A stretch of 57,923 nt of DNA, counting the filler, from Acidimicrobiia bacterium (GTDB taxonomy: Bacteria > Actinomycetota > Acidimicrobiia > Spongiisociales > UBA11373), in NCBI GenBank assembly GCA_040878325.1. It is 3 parts of 3 records of this genome, joined end to end, with 100 filler letters (N's around TTAATTAATTAA, not from the genome) between each part and the next. Parts side by side here need not be neighbours in the genome. Positions count along the whole stretch, not along the records: positions 21,784 to 51,189 come from JBBDMM010000006.1; 2 more parts are not named here. The stretch is one strand, 5' to 3'. Both the position numbers and the translations under genes were made by a program. How positions within the stretch are numbered: position 1 is the first letter of the stretch; each line of letters starts with the position of its first letter. This document shows, one piece after another, positions 39,981 to 49,402 of this stretch. The notes below the pieces were generated by a model. The model was given only the letters and a program-made list of their open reading frames with translations. It had not been told where the DNA came from and made no database searches.

Positions 39981-40270
39981 GCAATGCGCGATGCGCGATG
40001 CGCAACGCGTTTCAAGGTCTGCTTGGGAATCTACTCAGGACCATCGACCTGGGGAGTGGCGACGCCCGTTCAGCCAGGAAGCGGCTGATCCTCGAAGTAG
40101 AGCTAGGCGCGTTTCTAGGACTCCGTGGGAATCCACTCAATTGGGCCTGAGGCATTCGCGATGCGCGGCGCGTTTCTAGGTCTCTGTGGGTATCCACTCA
40201 ATCGCGCCGGAGGCATCCGCGATGCGCGATGCGCGGCGCGTTCCAACGTCTGCTTGGTGATCGACCCGGT
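39981..40270. repeat. ATGCGCG heptamer arrays plus four degenerate ~33-bp repeats
   Basis: CGCGTTTC(A/T)AGG..TGGG(A/T)ATC(C/T)ACTCA-like units at 40006, 40108, 40169 and 40237. Confidence 0.8.
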
Positions 40271-40318
40271 CGGTTTGACGGGGTTCCCTCGCTGCGCTGA
40301 ACCTGATACATCGACTGG

Positions 40319-40675
40319 GTGCGCAACCTCTACAACAGCAAGGCACTCTCGAACGCCAAGCTTCTCGCGAAACAGGCGTACGCGTTCTGTCGTGGCATGC
40401 CCCGCGACGAACGGTTCGGGCTGACGAGCCAGATCCAGCGCGCCTCGATCTCGGTGCCAGCGAACATCGCCGAGGGGCTGGGTCGCGGCTCACCCGGCGA
40501 CCTGGAGCGGCACCTGAGAATCGCATCAGGGTCGCTCGCCGAGGTCACCGTCCTATTGGAGCTCGCCGCGGATATCCATTCGTTGCCCAAGTCCGAAGCG
40601 CACGAGACGATCGACCACCTACGTCGCCAACTCATCATCCTGACCCGACAAGTTCACCAGGACCGCTCAGCCTGA
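40319..40675 (+). CDS. Four-helix-bundle protein (23S rRNA IVS protein-like, TIGR02436-type)
   Basis: PRDERFGLTSQIQRASISVPANIAEG..IASGSLAE family motif. Confidence 0.9.
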   Translation: MRNLYNSKALSNAKLLAKQAYAFCRGMPRDERFGLTSQIQRASISVPANIAEGLGRGSPGDLERHLRIASGSLAEVTVLLELAADIHSLPKSEAHETIDHLRRQLIILTRQVHQDRSA

Positions 40676-40839
40676 CGCAATGCGCGATGCGCAATGCGCG
40701 ACGCGAGGGAACCAATCGGACACGGAGCGTTTGAGTCGTTGAACCGCTTTGACGCGCCGCGCATCGCGCATCGCGCATTGCGGAGCAAGCAACCGAACAG
40801 ATTCGGACTAACGCGCCGCCTTGCGCATCGCACATCGCG
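40676..40839. repeat. Inverted ATGCGCG/CGCATCG heptamer arrays
   Basis: 40676-40706 is reverse-complementary to 40753-40782; a further copy lies at 40812-40839. Confidence 0.85.
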
Positions 40840-40851
40840 GAGCCGGAGTCC

Positions 40852-42147
40852 TCACATCCCGGCGACCTCTTCGAACGCTCGCTCCATGATGGCGTAGCCC
40901 TCTTCGGCTTCGGCTTGGGTTAGGGAGAGGGGGGGTGCGAGGCGGAAGACGTTGCCGTAGAGGCCGCCTTTGCCGACCAGCAGGCCGTACTCGCGGGCCT
41001 TTTCCATCACTGCGTTGGTGGCTTCGGGGTTGGGTTCCTTGGTGCCGGGTTTGACCATCTCTACTCCCAGCATCAGGCCTTTGCCCCGCACCTCGCCGAT
41101 GAAGTCGATGCGTTCGCCCAGGTCCTGCAGGGAGGACTTGAGTTGCTGGCCGACCTTCTGGGTGTTGGTCTGCAGGTCCTCGGAGATCAGGTATTCGAGG
41201 TTGGCGAGGGCGCCGGCCATTGCCAGGGGGTTGCCGCCGAAAGTGGAGATCGAATTGGCGTCGAGCGAGTCCATGATCTCCGCCCGGGTCACCAGGCCGC
41301 CGATCGCCAGGCCGTTGCCTAGGCCCTTGGCGAAGGTCATGATGTCGGGGGTAAACCCGTGGGCCTCGATGCCCCAGAAGTGGTCGCCGGTGCGGCCCCA
41401 TCCGGTCTGAACCTCATCGGAGATGAAGAGGATTCCGTGGCGGTCGAGCACCTTCTTCATCTCCCCGAAGAAGCCGTCGGGAGGCGCCACGAACCCGCCC
41501 ACGCCCTGGATGGGCTCGGCGATCATGCACGCCACATTGCCCACGCTGGCCACCTGCAGCATGTCCTCGAGGTCGGCGACGCAGGCCGCGATGTAGTCCT
41601 TGTCCGACAGGTGGCCGAACGGGCTGCGGTACTTGTAGCCGCCGTGGACGTAGATCACTTGGAAGGGCGACAGTGGGGTCCCCGACCACGAGCGGATGCC
41701 GGTGATCGCCACCGCGCTGAACGAACGCCCGTGATAGGAGTTGCGCATCGCCAGCACCTGATTGGAACCCCGGTAGGCGGTGGCCAGCATCAAGGCGGTG
41801 TCGTTCGCCTCGCTCCCCGAGTTGGCGAAGAACACCTTGGCGTTGGGGATCTTCGAGAGGCCGGCGATCTTCTCGGCCAGTTGGACCTGCTGCTCGATCA
41901 GGTAGAGGGTCGAGGTGTGGAGCATCTTCGCCGCCTGCTCCTGGATGGCCTTGACCACGCTGGGGGTCTTGTAGCCGGTCATGGTGGTGAGGATCCCGCC
42001 AAAGAAGTCAAGGTACTCCTTGCCCTCGGCATCGACCACCCTCCGCCCGTCGCCGTCGACGATCGAGATCGGGTGCTCGTAGTAGAGGGCGATCCACGCC
42101 GGGAGGACCGCCTTGTGCCGCTTCAGAAGATCGTCGTGCTTGCCCAT
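40852..42147 (-). CDS. Class III PLP aminotransferase (pyrimidine catabolism, beta-alanine transaminase-like)
   Basis: YLDFFGG, NSGSEAND, SYHG, AEPIQGVGG, SDEVQTGWGRTG, FAKGLGNG, STFGGNP; start set at ATG 42147. Confidence 0.9.
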   Translation of the reverse strand: MGKHDDLLKRHKAVLPAWIALYYEHPISIVDGDGRRVVDAEGKEYLDFFGGILTTMTGYKTPSVVKAIQEQAAKMLHTSTLYLIEQQVQLAEKIAGLSKIPNAKVFFANSGSEANDTALMLATAYRGSNQVLAMRNSYHGRSFSAVAITGIRSWSGTPLSPFQVIYVHGGYKYRSPFGHLSDKDYIAACVADLEDMLQVASVGNVACMIAEPIQGVGGFVAPPDGFFGEMKKVLDRHGILFISDEVQTGWGRTGDHFWGIEAHGFTPDIMTFAKGLGNGLAIGGLVTRAEIMDSLDANSISTFGGNPLAMAGALANLEYLISEDLQTNTQKVGQQLKSSLQDLGERIDFIGEVRGKGLMLGVEMVKPGTKEPNPEATNAVMEKAREYGLLVGKGGLYGNVFRLAPPLSLTQAEAEEGYAIMERAFEEVAGM

Positions 42148-42208
42148 GTGAGTCCTGTGATCGGGGGGCGTGAAGGCTAGCGATGGGGACTGTGGCGAGC
42201 GGTGCGTC

Positions 42209-42625
42209 TCAGGTGAGCATCTCGACAGATGCTCCGAGGGCCCGATAGACATCGACGGCTCGTCGATCGCGGCTGGCGAGGGAGAGTCCATGGACGACTG
42301 CTGCCTGGGCCACCAGGGCGTCGTACACCGCGCCCCCCGACACCCCGATCTCGGCTAGCCGTCCCGTCAATTCCCTGGCCGCCTCCGCGGGAAGGAACCT
42401 CGACCCTGGGAAATTGTCGCCGAGAATGTCGACGATCTCGCGTGGCCGCCGGCGGGCAGGAGGCGGCAGCCGGGTGAGCACCGAGAGGGTCTCGAACCAG
42501 GCGTGGCCGGCCAATCCGAGAACGCGCCCTTCGAGCGCCTCGATCGTGCTGTCATGGGCCTCATGGCCCCCGACTATCAACGCGACTGCAACGCTGGTGT
42601 CGACGAGTACCTCTGGTTCGGTCAC
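42209..42625 (-). CDS. vapC: VapC PIN-domain toxin
   Basis: LVDTSV, ETLSVLTR, GGAVYDALV, SRDRRA acidic PIN residues. Confidence 0.88.
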   Translation of the reverse strand: MTEPEVLVDTSVAVALIVGGHEAHDSTIEALEGRVLGLAGHAWFETLSVLTRLPPPARRRPREIVDILGDNFPGSRFLPAEAARELTGRLAEIGVSGGAVYDALVAQAAVVHGLSLASRDRRAVDVYRALGASVEMLT

Positions 42626-42852
42626 CGCTGATCACCAAGGCGGAGCGAACGAACGTCGTCGTCGGTGATGGTGAGGCCGCCTTCGATAACTCGGCGTCCC
42701 CTCACTTCCGTGGTCCCCTCTCCGGCAACCGGCTCGATCCGGATCCCGGCGCCGTCGCGGCTAAGTTCGACGTCGCCGGGGACGAGTCCGACCGCATCCC
42801 GTAGCGGCTTGGGAATTACCAACCGACCAGCCTTGTCAATGGTTCCTCTCAT
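42622..42852 (-). CDS. vapB: AbrB/MazE/SpoVT-type antitoxin
   Basis: IDKAGRLVIPKPLRDAVGL; overlaps the vapC start; start set at ATG 42852. Confidence 0.88.
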   Translation of the reverse strand: MRGTIDKAGRLVIPKPLRDAVGLVPGDVELSRDGAGIRIEPVAGEGTTEVRGRRVIEGGLTITDDDVRSLRLGDQR

Positions 42853-43132
42853 ACCATTATCATGCCACACAGGTAGGAGATCTACCACGGCTTCCACGCC
42901 ACAGGGGCTGGGTTTCGATCTCAAGATTCAGCTCCCCGGGTTCCTTGGAACGCTCGAAAACCGTCCGAACCTGGCAGGCGGGCCTCCTCCGAGCACGCCC
43001 GAAAGACGCCGGTTTGGAGCTCGGTCCATCCAGTCGAGATCAGGACCTGAGCGCAGAACCCGCCCGTCTAACGGCTCCCGACAAGACGATCCCAGGCTCT
43101 CAGGCGGTGACTCAATCGCGATCCGCCGGCTT

Positions 43133-43225
43133 AGGACGTGCGCGGATAGGCTCGCCCCGGGATCAACTCTCGGCTTGCCGCAAGCCGAGAGTTGATGGGA
43201 TCCGCGACCCATCCGCGCACGTCCT
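43133..43225. repeat. Nested long inverted repeat
   Basis: AGGACGTGCGCGGAT (43133-43147) pairs with 43211-43225; ATCAACTCTCGGCTTG (43162-43177) pairs with 43181-43196. Confidence 0.85.
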
Positions 43226-43268
43226 TAGGGGCTTTTGGCACTACGGCCCAATCATGTACCTCCCTAGT

Positions 43269-43286
43269 TTGTGAAGCGATTCACTA
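43269..43286. promoter_or_regulatory. Rex-type operator (also CRP/FNR-family-like) upstream of nosZ
   Basis: TTGTGAA-GCGA-TTCACTA versus Rex consensus TTGTGAA-N4-TTCACAA (13 of 14 positions). Confidence 0.7.
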
Positions 43287-43337
43287 ATGGTTCCGTCTGC
43301 CCAGCAGGGCGGCGGGTTCTCAGGAGGTACAGCAGCC

Positions 43338-45329
43338 GTGAAGAGTCGCAACATTGCCTGGGGCGTAGGAGCCCTCATCCTCGGCCTCGTGGTGGGGGTC
43401 GCCGGCGCCCGGCTCGGATTCAGTACCGCATCGGGCGGCAACCTGGCGGATATCGCCGCGGACCGGGGCCTCACCGGAGCCGAGGCCGAGGCTGCCCTGG
43501 CGACGTTCGTCGCACCGGGCGACCACGACGATTACTTAATGTTCGCCTCGGGCGGTCACAGCGGGCAGATGCATGTGATCGGGGTTCCATCGATGCGGCT
43601 GTTGAAGACGATCCCGGTATTCGCCCCTGACTCATGGTCCGGGTACGGCTTCGGCGCCGACTGGAGCATGGAAATCCTCGCCGGGGGCTCCGATCCCGAC
43701 CAGAACGCACAGTTGACCTGGGGTGACACCCATCACCCGGCGCTCTCGGAGACCGATGGCGACTACGACGGGCGCTTCCTCTACATAAACGACCGGGCCA
43801 ACGGGCGGATCGCGATGGTCGACCTACGCGACTTCAAGACGAAGCAGATTCTCGATGTCCCCAACATCCAGAGTTCGCACGGCGGAGTCTTTGCCACCCC
43901 GAACACGGAGTACGTGCACATCTCAGCCAAGACGCCCGCGCCGATGTTCGTCGAAGGCGGTTACGCACCCCTGGAGGAGTACGCAGAGCACTATCGCGGT
44001 GCGTCGTCGTTCCTGGCGGTCGACCCGGTGACCGGGCACTTCGACCTGGAACGCAGTTTCCAGATAGAGCTTCCGCCCTACAACCAGGACCTCGCCGACG
44101 CCGGCAAACTCGCCAGCTTCGGCTGGGCCTTCATCAACTCGTACAACACGGAGATGGCGACCGGCGGAAACACGGAGGGCAATCCCTCGATCGAGACCGG
44201 AGCGATCGCCAACGACTTCGACTACTTGCACATCATCAACTGGGAATTGGCCGAGCAGGTTGTCGCCGCCGGCAACTACGAGATGGTGAACGGGGTTCGG
44301 ATGATCCGCCTCCAAACCGCCATCGACGAAGGGATCCTCTGGTTCGCCCCCGAGCCGCGGAATCCCCACGGCGTCGACGTCTCACCCGACGGCAATTACA
44401 TCGTCGTGTCAGGCAAACTCGACCCGAACGCCACCGTGTACTCGATCGACCGCATCGAAGCGGCGATCGCTGCTGGTGACATCGAGGGATACGACCCGTT
44501 CGGGGTACCCGTCCTGCGCTTTGACGCGGTCGTCGAAGCACAGGTCGAGCTGGGGGGCGGTCCGCTGCACACCCAGTTCGACAATCGGGGCAACGCCTAC
44601 ACCAGCCTGTTCGTCGAAACCGCAGTTGCACGATGGACCCTCGGCCCCGAGGCCGGCGTGGACGAGGCAGACGCGTTCCGCCTCGTGGACAAGATCCCGG
44701 TCCACTACAACATCGGCCACCTCGTCACCGCTCATGGGGACACCGTGAATCCCCACGGCAAATACCTGGTGGCGCTCAACAAGTGGTCGATCGACCGGTT
44801 CACGCCCGTGGGCACTCTGCATCCGCAGAACTTCCAACTGATCGACATCGACAGCCCGGAGCTGCGGATCCTCAGAGACATGCCCATCGGGTTCGGCGAA
44901 CCGCACTATGTGCAGATGATCGCGGTGGACCGACTCGCCGATGTCTGGACCGTCTACCCCGTTGGGACCGATCCGTTGACGATGGCGCCATCCGATGTAG
45001 CGATCGCGGCGGGCGAAGAGCGGGTCGAGCGCATCGGGGACACGCTGCACGTGTACATGACTGCGCGCCGCAGCACTTTCACCCCCGATGTAATTCGCGC
45101 CAAGCAAGGCGAAAAGGTCGTACTGCACATCACGAACATCGAGACGGCGGTGGACGCCACCCATGGCTTTGCGATCCCGGGCTACAACGTCCAGGCCAGT
45201 CTGGATCCGGGCGAGGTACTGACGGTGGAGATCGTCGCCGACCGCACCGGTTCATTCGCCTTCTACTGCACGGAGTTCTGCTCGGCCCTGCACCTCGAAA
45301 TGCAGGGTTGGCTGTTGATCGAGCCCTGA
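43338..45329 (+). CDS. nosZ: Nitrous-oxide reductase, clade II (Sec-dependent)
   Basis: FASGGHSGQ, DTHHP, SSHG, NPHG, PLHT, IGH, EPH CuZ histidines; CuA H..CTEFCSALHLEM; no twin-arginine motif; AGGAGG RBS before GTG 43338. Confidence 0.95.
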   Translation: MKSRNIAWGVGALILGLVVGVAGARLGFSTASGGNLADIAADRGLTGAEAEAALATFVAPGDHDDYLMFASGGHSGQMHVIGVPSMRLLKTIPVFAPDSWSGYGFGADWSMEILAGGSDPDQNAQLTWGDTHHPALSETDGDYDGRFLYINDRANGRIAMVDLRDFKTKQILDVPNIQSSHGGVFATPNTEYVHISAKTPAPMFVEGGYAPLEEYAEHYRGASSFLAVDPVTGHFDLERSFQIELPPYNQDLADAGKLASFGWAFINSYNTEMATGGNTEGNPSIETGAIANDFDYLHIINWELAEQVVAAGNYEMVNGVRMIRLQTAIDEGILWFAPEPRNPHGVDVSPDGNYIVVSGKLDPNATVYSIDRIEAAIAAGDIEGYDPFGVPVLRFDAVVEAQVELGGGPLHTQFDNRGNAYTSLFVETAVARWTLGPEAGVDEADAFRLVDKIPVHYNIGHLVTAHGDTVNPHGKYLVALNKWSIDRFTPVGTLHPQNFQLIDIDSPELRILRDMPIGFGEPHYVQMIAVDRLADVWTVYPVGTDPLTMAPSDVAIAAGEERVERIGDTLHVYMTARRSTFTPDVIRAKQGEKVVLHITNIETAVDATHGFAIPGYNVQASLDPGEVLTVEIVADRTGSFAFYCTEFCSALHLEMQGWLLIEP

Positions 45330-45400
45330 ACCACGAATGGTCCCGGGTGGCGCCACCGGCGCCACCCGGGACCCAACCCCTAGACAAGGAGAAATCGAAG

Positions 45401-45796
45401 ATGCGACAAGAACTTCGGGGCCTCGCAGCCCTCACCGCAGCCACACTGTTACTGGCTGCGTGCGGCGGCAGCGACAGCGGGGCGGGGACCACTACCAGCC
45501 AGCCCGACTCCACCACCTCCGCCGGAATCGAAATCACCGTTACGGCCACCGAATTCAAGTTCGAGCCGGACCCACTGATGGTGCCTGCCGACACCGAGGT
45601 GACGATCACCCTCGTCAACAACGGTGTCGTCGAGCACGACATCACCATCGATGAACTCGACTTCCACATGCTCGCCAATCCGGGGGAGACCGTCAGTGAG
45701 ACGATCACCATCCCCGCTGGCATCTACATGGTCTACTGCGCCGTCCCCGGTCATCACGAGGCCGGAATGATGGTCGAACTGATCGCGAGCGGCTAA
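45401..45796 (+). CDS. Cupredoxin (type-1 copper) lipoprotein
   Basis: Lipobox LAAC; H..YCAVPGHHEAGM copper ligands; AAGGAG RBS. Confidence 0.85.
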   Translation: MRQELRGLAALTAATLLLAACGGSDSGAGTTTSQPDSTTSAGIEITVTATEFKFEPDPLMVPADTEVTITLVNNGVVEHDITIDELDFHMLANPGETVSETITIPAGIYMVYCAVPGHHEAGMMVELIASG

Positions 45797-47859
45797 TGAA
45801 TTCCGCTGGCGCCCTGGTCGACGGGTCCACCGTGGCGGGGGGCGGGGAGCAAGGCTCCATCTCCGGGCCCCCGCCACCCGTCGACCGGGCCCATTGGGCA
45901 CTCGGGACCCTGGCTGCGCTTCTCGTGGTCGCCTCGGTGTTCCTTCCGATCTGGCGCTCCAACCTGGACGCTCCGCAGTACCCGAACGGACTCCACTTCC
46001 TCGCCTATGGCAACAGGGTCGAAGGGGATCTCGCCGAGATCGACAGCCTCAACCACTACGTCGGGATGCGGCCCTTCCGCACCGACGACCTGCCCGAGAT
46101 GGCCCTGTGGCCCCTTGGAATCGCCGCCGCTCTCGCCGCGGTCGTGGTTGCCACCGTGGCCCGCCGGCGCCGGCTCCTGGCGCGCCTCGCCCGCCTCTAC
46201 CTCTGGGTGCTGCCCATTTCGATCCTTGCCGTGATCCAGGTGCGCCTCTACCAGTTCGGGCACGATCTCGACCCGGCAGCGGCGTTCCGTATGGATGGGT
46301 TCACACCGCTGGTGATCGGCCGCACCAAGATATGGAACTTCACGGCGTTCTCGCGGCCCGGTTCGGCGATCCTGTGCATGCTCACCGCGGCTGCCGCGCT
46401 GTCGTTCGGGCCGCGCGTCGTGAGGAGGCGCAAAGGTCGAGGCACCCGCGCTTTTCCCACCCTGCTGGCGGTGATTCTCGCCGTCGGGGCGCTCGCCCCG
46501 ACGGCGAGAGCGAACGACGACTGGATCGACCTCGAGTCACTCATCGCCGCCGTACCCGAAGGGGGCACCCTCATCCTCAGCGACCAAACGTATCGCGGCA
46601 ACGTGACCATCGACCGGAGATTGACCATCGAGGGCGAGGGGATGCCCCTGGTGCAGGGCAACGGGTCCGGCACCGTGATAACGATCACCGCCACGGGCAC
46701 CGTATTACGCGGTCTCCGGGTGGCCGGCAGCGGGCCCGGGCCGAGCGGCAGCCCTGCCGGCATCCGGGTCGAGGCCGACGACGTTCACATCGAAGGGGTG
46801 ACGGTCGAGGATTCGTATGTCGGTATCGCCGTCCACGGCGCGGCACGCGTCCACCTCGTCGGCAACCATGTCATCGGTCGGAGCGGCGGGGTGGTGGGGG
46901 AAGACCACGCCCTCGGTGGCGATGAGACCCTCGGAGGAGGCCGTGGCGACGGGCTGTCGCTATGGGACGTCGACGGCGCGTTGATCCGGGGAAATGTCAT
47001 CGAGCGGGTACGCGACGGCGTCTTCGTGTCGTTCGGATCTGGCGCCCTCATCGATGGGAACGAACTGCGCCATAACCGATACGGGGTGCACTCGATGTTC
47101 GCCGCCCACCTGACCCTGGTCGAGAATCTGATCGAAGGGAACCTCTCCGCCGCCGTACTGATGTACGGGGGGCCTGCGCTCGTGTTGCGCAACCGACTCA
47201 CCGACAGCGGGTCGGCGTCGACCGGATTCGGGCTTCTGCTCAAGGACGTCGCCGATGTCCAGGTGGTCGAGAACGTGATCACCCGCAACCGGACCGGTCT
47301 CCACATCGACGGCCCGGCGGGCGGTGAAGAGCCGATCCGGATCACCGCCAATACCGTCATCCGCAACCAGATCGGCGTGGCGCTGTACCCCGCTTCAACC
47401 GCAGTGTTCCTCGCCAACTCGTTCGTCGGCAACGTGGTCCAGGTGCTTCAACAGGGCCGCGGCGCCTCGGACGGCGTCGCATGGCACGATCGGGGCCACG
47501 GCAACCACTGGGGTACCTACCGCGGATACGACAACGGCCGCGGGAAAGGAGCCACCCCGCATGTCGAGGGCAGCTCAGTGGAACGACTGCTCGTACGAGC
47601 ACCGGTGCTGCTGCCGCTGGCCTCGAGCCCGGCCTTCCGCATGATCCGGGCGGTCGAAGAGCGGTGGGCCCTCCAGCGCCCGGTTTTGGTCGACCCGCTA
47701 CCTCTCATCCGGCCGATCTCTCCCTCGCCGGATTCGCCACCGCCCGAGGCACGGGCCGGCTTGTTCCTCGGTGGTACCGGTGCGTCTGCCGCCCTGCTCG
47801 CCGCGATGGCGCTCATCTCGCTGGCGAAACGCCCCCGACTGACCAGGGCACGCCGATGA
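45796..47859 (+). CDS. nosD: NosB-NosD fusion protein
   Basis: N-terminal membrane domain PIW..LDAPQYPNGL..LNHYVGM (NosB-like); C-terminal beta-helix repeats with RYGVHSMF and GNHWGTYRGYD (NosD-like). Confidence 0.82.
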   Translation: MNSAGALVDGSTVAGGGEQGSISGPPPPVDRAHWALGTLAALLVVASVFLPIWRSNLDAPQYPNGLHFLAYGNRVEGDLAEIDSLNHYVGMRPFRTDDLPEMALWPLGIAAALAAVVVATVARRRRLLARLARLYLWVLPISILAVIQVRLYQFGHDLDPAAAFRMDGFTPLVIGRTKIWNFTAFSRPGSAILCMLTAAAALSFGPRVVRRRKGRGTRAFPTLLAVILAVGALAPTARANDDWIDLESLIAAVPEGGTLILSDQTYRGNVTIDRRLTIEGEGMPLVQGNGSGTVITITATGTVLRGLRVAGSGPGPSGSPAGIRVEADDVHIEGVTVEDSYVGIAVHGAARVHLVGNHVIGRSGGVVGEDHALGGDETLGGGRGDGLSLWDVDGALIRGNVIERVRDGVFVSFGSGALIDGNELRHNRYGVHSMFAAHLTLVENLIEGNLSAAVLMYGGPALVLRNRLTDSGSASTGFGLLLKDVADVQVVENVITRNRTGLHIDGPAGGEEPIRITANTVIRNQIGVALYPASTAVFLANSFVGNVVQVLQQGRGASDGVAWHDRGHGNHWGTYRGYDNGRGKGATPHVEGSSVERLLVRAPVLLPLASSPAFRMIRAVEERWALQRPVLVDPLPLIRPISPSPDSPPPEARAGLFLGGTGASAALLAAMALISLAKRPRLTRARR

Positions 47860-48560
47860 GCGCTTCCGGTCGGACCCCCAACGCCCTCACGGTCTGCAGT
47901 CTGAGCAAGGCCTACGGCCAACAGCCGGTGCTGACCGACATTGGGTTTACCGCGTCGGGGGGCACGATCTTCACGGTGACAGGCACCAACGGATCCGGCA
48001 AGAGCACACTGCTGCGCTGTATCGCCGGTCTGGCATCACACCGCGGCAGCGTCACTTTTCGGGGAGAACCGATCGCATCGATGCGCCAGCACGTCGGCTA
48101 CCTGCCACAGAGCGTGGGGCTCCCCCCATGGGCAACCGTCGGTGAGGTGGTGGCCTTCTTCGCCCGGCTGCGGAGAGTGGACCCGGCCGACTCACCCCTT
48201 CCCGCGGGCTTCGTTCCCGACTCCGATCGCCCGATCAAAGTGCTCTCGGGAGGGCAACGCCAAAGAGTTGCACTCGCCGTGGCCCTTCTCGGGGAGCCGT
48301 CGCTCGTTCTCCTCGACGAGCCGTTCGCCAATCTCGACGACCAGGGGCGCGCCGTTCTCACCGTCGTGCTCCGTGCCGCCGCAGACGATGGGCGAACTGT
48401 CGTGATAGCCACCCCGACCGAGTCCGACCTGGGAGGACTCGACCAAACCGTGATCAAGATCGTCGGAGGACGGATCGCGGGGGCGAAGCCAGATCACCCA
48501 ACCGGATGTGACTTCAACGGCAAGGCCCCGGCGGCGGCGGCGAGTCAGGTGAGCCGATGA
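47856..48560 (+). CDS. nosF: ABC ATPase NosF
   Basis: GTNGSGKST, GYLPQ, LSGGQRQR, LLDEP; ATGA overlap with nosD. Confidence 0.85.
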   Translation: MSASGRTPNALTVCSLSKAYGQQPVLTDIGFTASGGTIFTVTGTNGSGKSTLLRCIAGLASHRGSVTFRGEPIASMRQHVGYLPQSVGLPPWATVGEVVAFFARLRRVDPADSPLPAGFVPDSDRPIKVLSGGQRQRVALAVALLGEPSLVLLDEPFANLDDQGRAVLTVVLRAAADDGRTVVIATPTESDLGGLDQTVIKIVGGRIAGAKPDHPTGCDFNGKAPAAAASQVSR

Positions 48561-49387
48561 CGTCGCGCATGCTCGACATCCGTGCGATTGCATCATGGGA
48601 GATGCGAGGCGCCGCACGCACCCGCTGGGTGCTCGGCGCCGCCGTGCTCCACGGTGCCGGAGCAATCGCCCTGACTCTGGTCGGGCTGCGATCCCTGCGG
48701 GACCTGGGCCTGAGCGGAGTGGGGGCGGCGATCGATGGACTGGTGGCGCTTGGTCTCCTCCTCCCACCGCTGATCGGCCTTCTCCTCGGGGCGGCGTCGA
48801 TGGCAGGTGGACGCGAGCAGGGAACCCTCACCCTCGTCGCCGCGCAGCCGATTCGCCGATCGAGCATCCCGGTCGGGATCATCGCCGGGCTCACCACGAC
48901 GGTCTCGGTCGCCGTCCTGGTCGGACTCGGCGTCGCGGCCGTGCTCATCGCCCCGGTGGTCACCGGAGCCGACCTCGCCGGCTTCGGAGTCGCCACCATG
49001 GCCACTCTCGCCGCCGCCACCGTCGGCGTGACGGTCGGCGTCCTCATCTCGGCGCTCTCGACGAGCCGGAGCCAGGCTACGGCTATCGCCGCAGCCGTCT
49101 GGTTCGCTGCGGCACTTGGCATCGATCTACTGCTCGCCGCGGTAGGGCCAGGACTCCGCCTGGGTCCCGTCGGGTTCCTGTGGGCGGTGCTACTGAATCC
49201 CCTCGAGGCGATTCGGATCCTCGCTCTACTGGCAACCGACTCGAGTTCCCTCGGACCATTCGGCGTCTACATGTTCGACCGGTTCGGCACCGCCGGGACC
49301 GCGGCCATAATCGGCGGTGCCCTGGCGCTCTGGATCACCGTCCCCGCGCTTATCGCGGGATGGGTGTTCAAGCGCCGTGATGTGTGA
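48557..49387 (+). CDS. nosY: ABC permease NosY
   Basis: Multiple TM helices; REQGTL..AQPI.R, LLNP motifs; context after nosDF. Confidence 0.85.
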   Translation: MTSRMLDIRAIASWEMRGAARTRWVLGAAVLHGAGAIALTLVGLRSLRDLGLSGVGAAIDGLVALGLLLPPLIGLLLGAASMAGGREQGTLTLVAAQPIRRSSIPVGIIAGLTTTVSVAVLVGLGVAAVLIAPVVTGADLAGFGVATMATLAAATVGVTVGVLISALSTSRSQATAIAAAVWFAAALGIDLLLAAVGPGLRLGPVGFLWAVLLNPLEAIRILALLATDSSSLGPFGVYMFDRFGTAGTAAIIGGALALWITVPALIAGWVFKRRDV

Positions 49388-49402
49388 GGGGGTCTACGAG
49401 CA

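Noticed and set aside
38651..40150. 499-aa plus-strand ORF (and similar shadows such as 13760-15067)
   Set aside because: Antisense to well-supported genes (hydA, mazG)
40006..40270. Possible degenerate CRISPR array
   Set aside because: Irregular spacing (102, 61, 68 bp), divergent units and heptamer-filled spacers
40319..40675. Diversity-generating retroelement (Avd-like gene)
   Set aside because: No reverse transcriptase and no TR/VR pair with adenine-specific mismatches seen in the window
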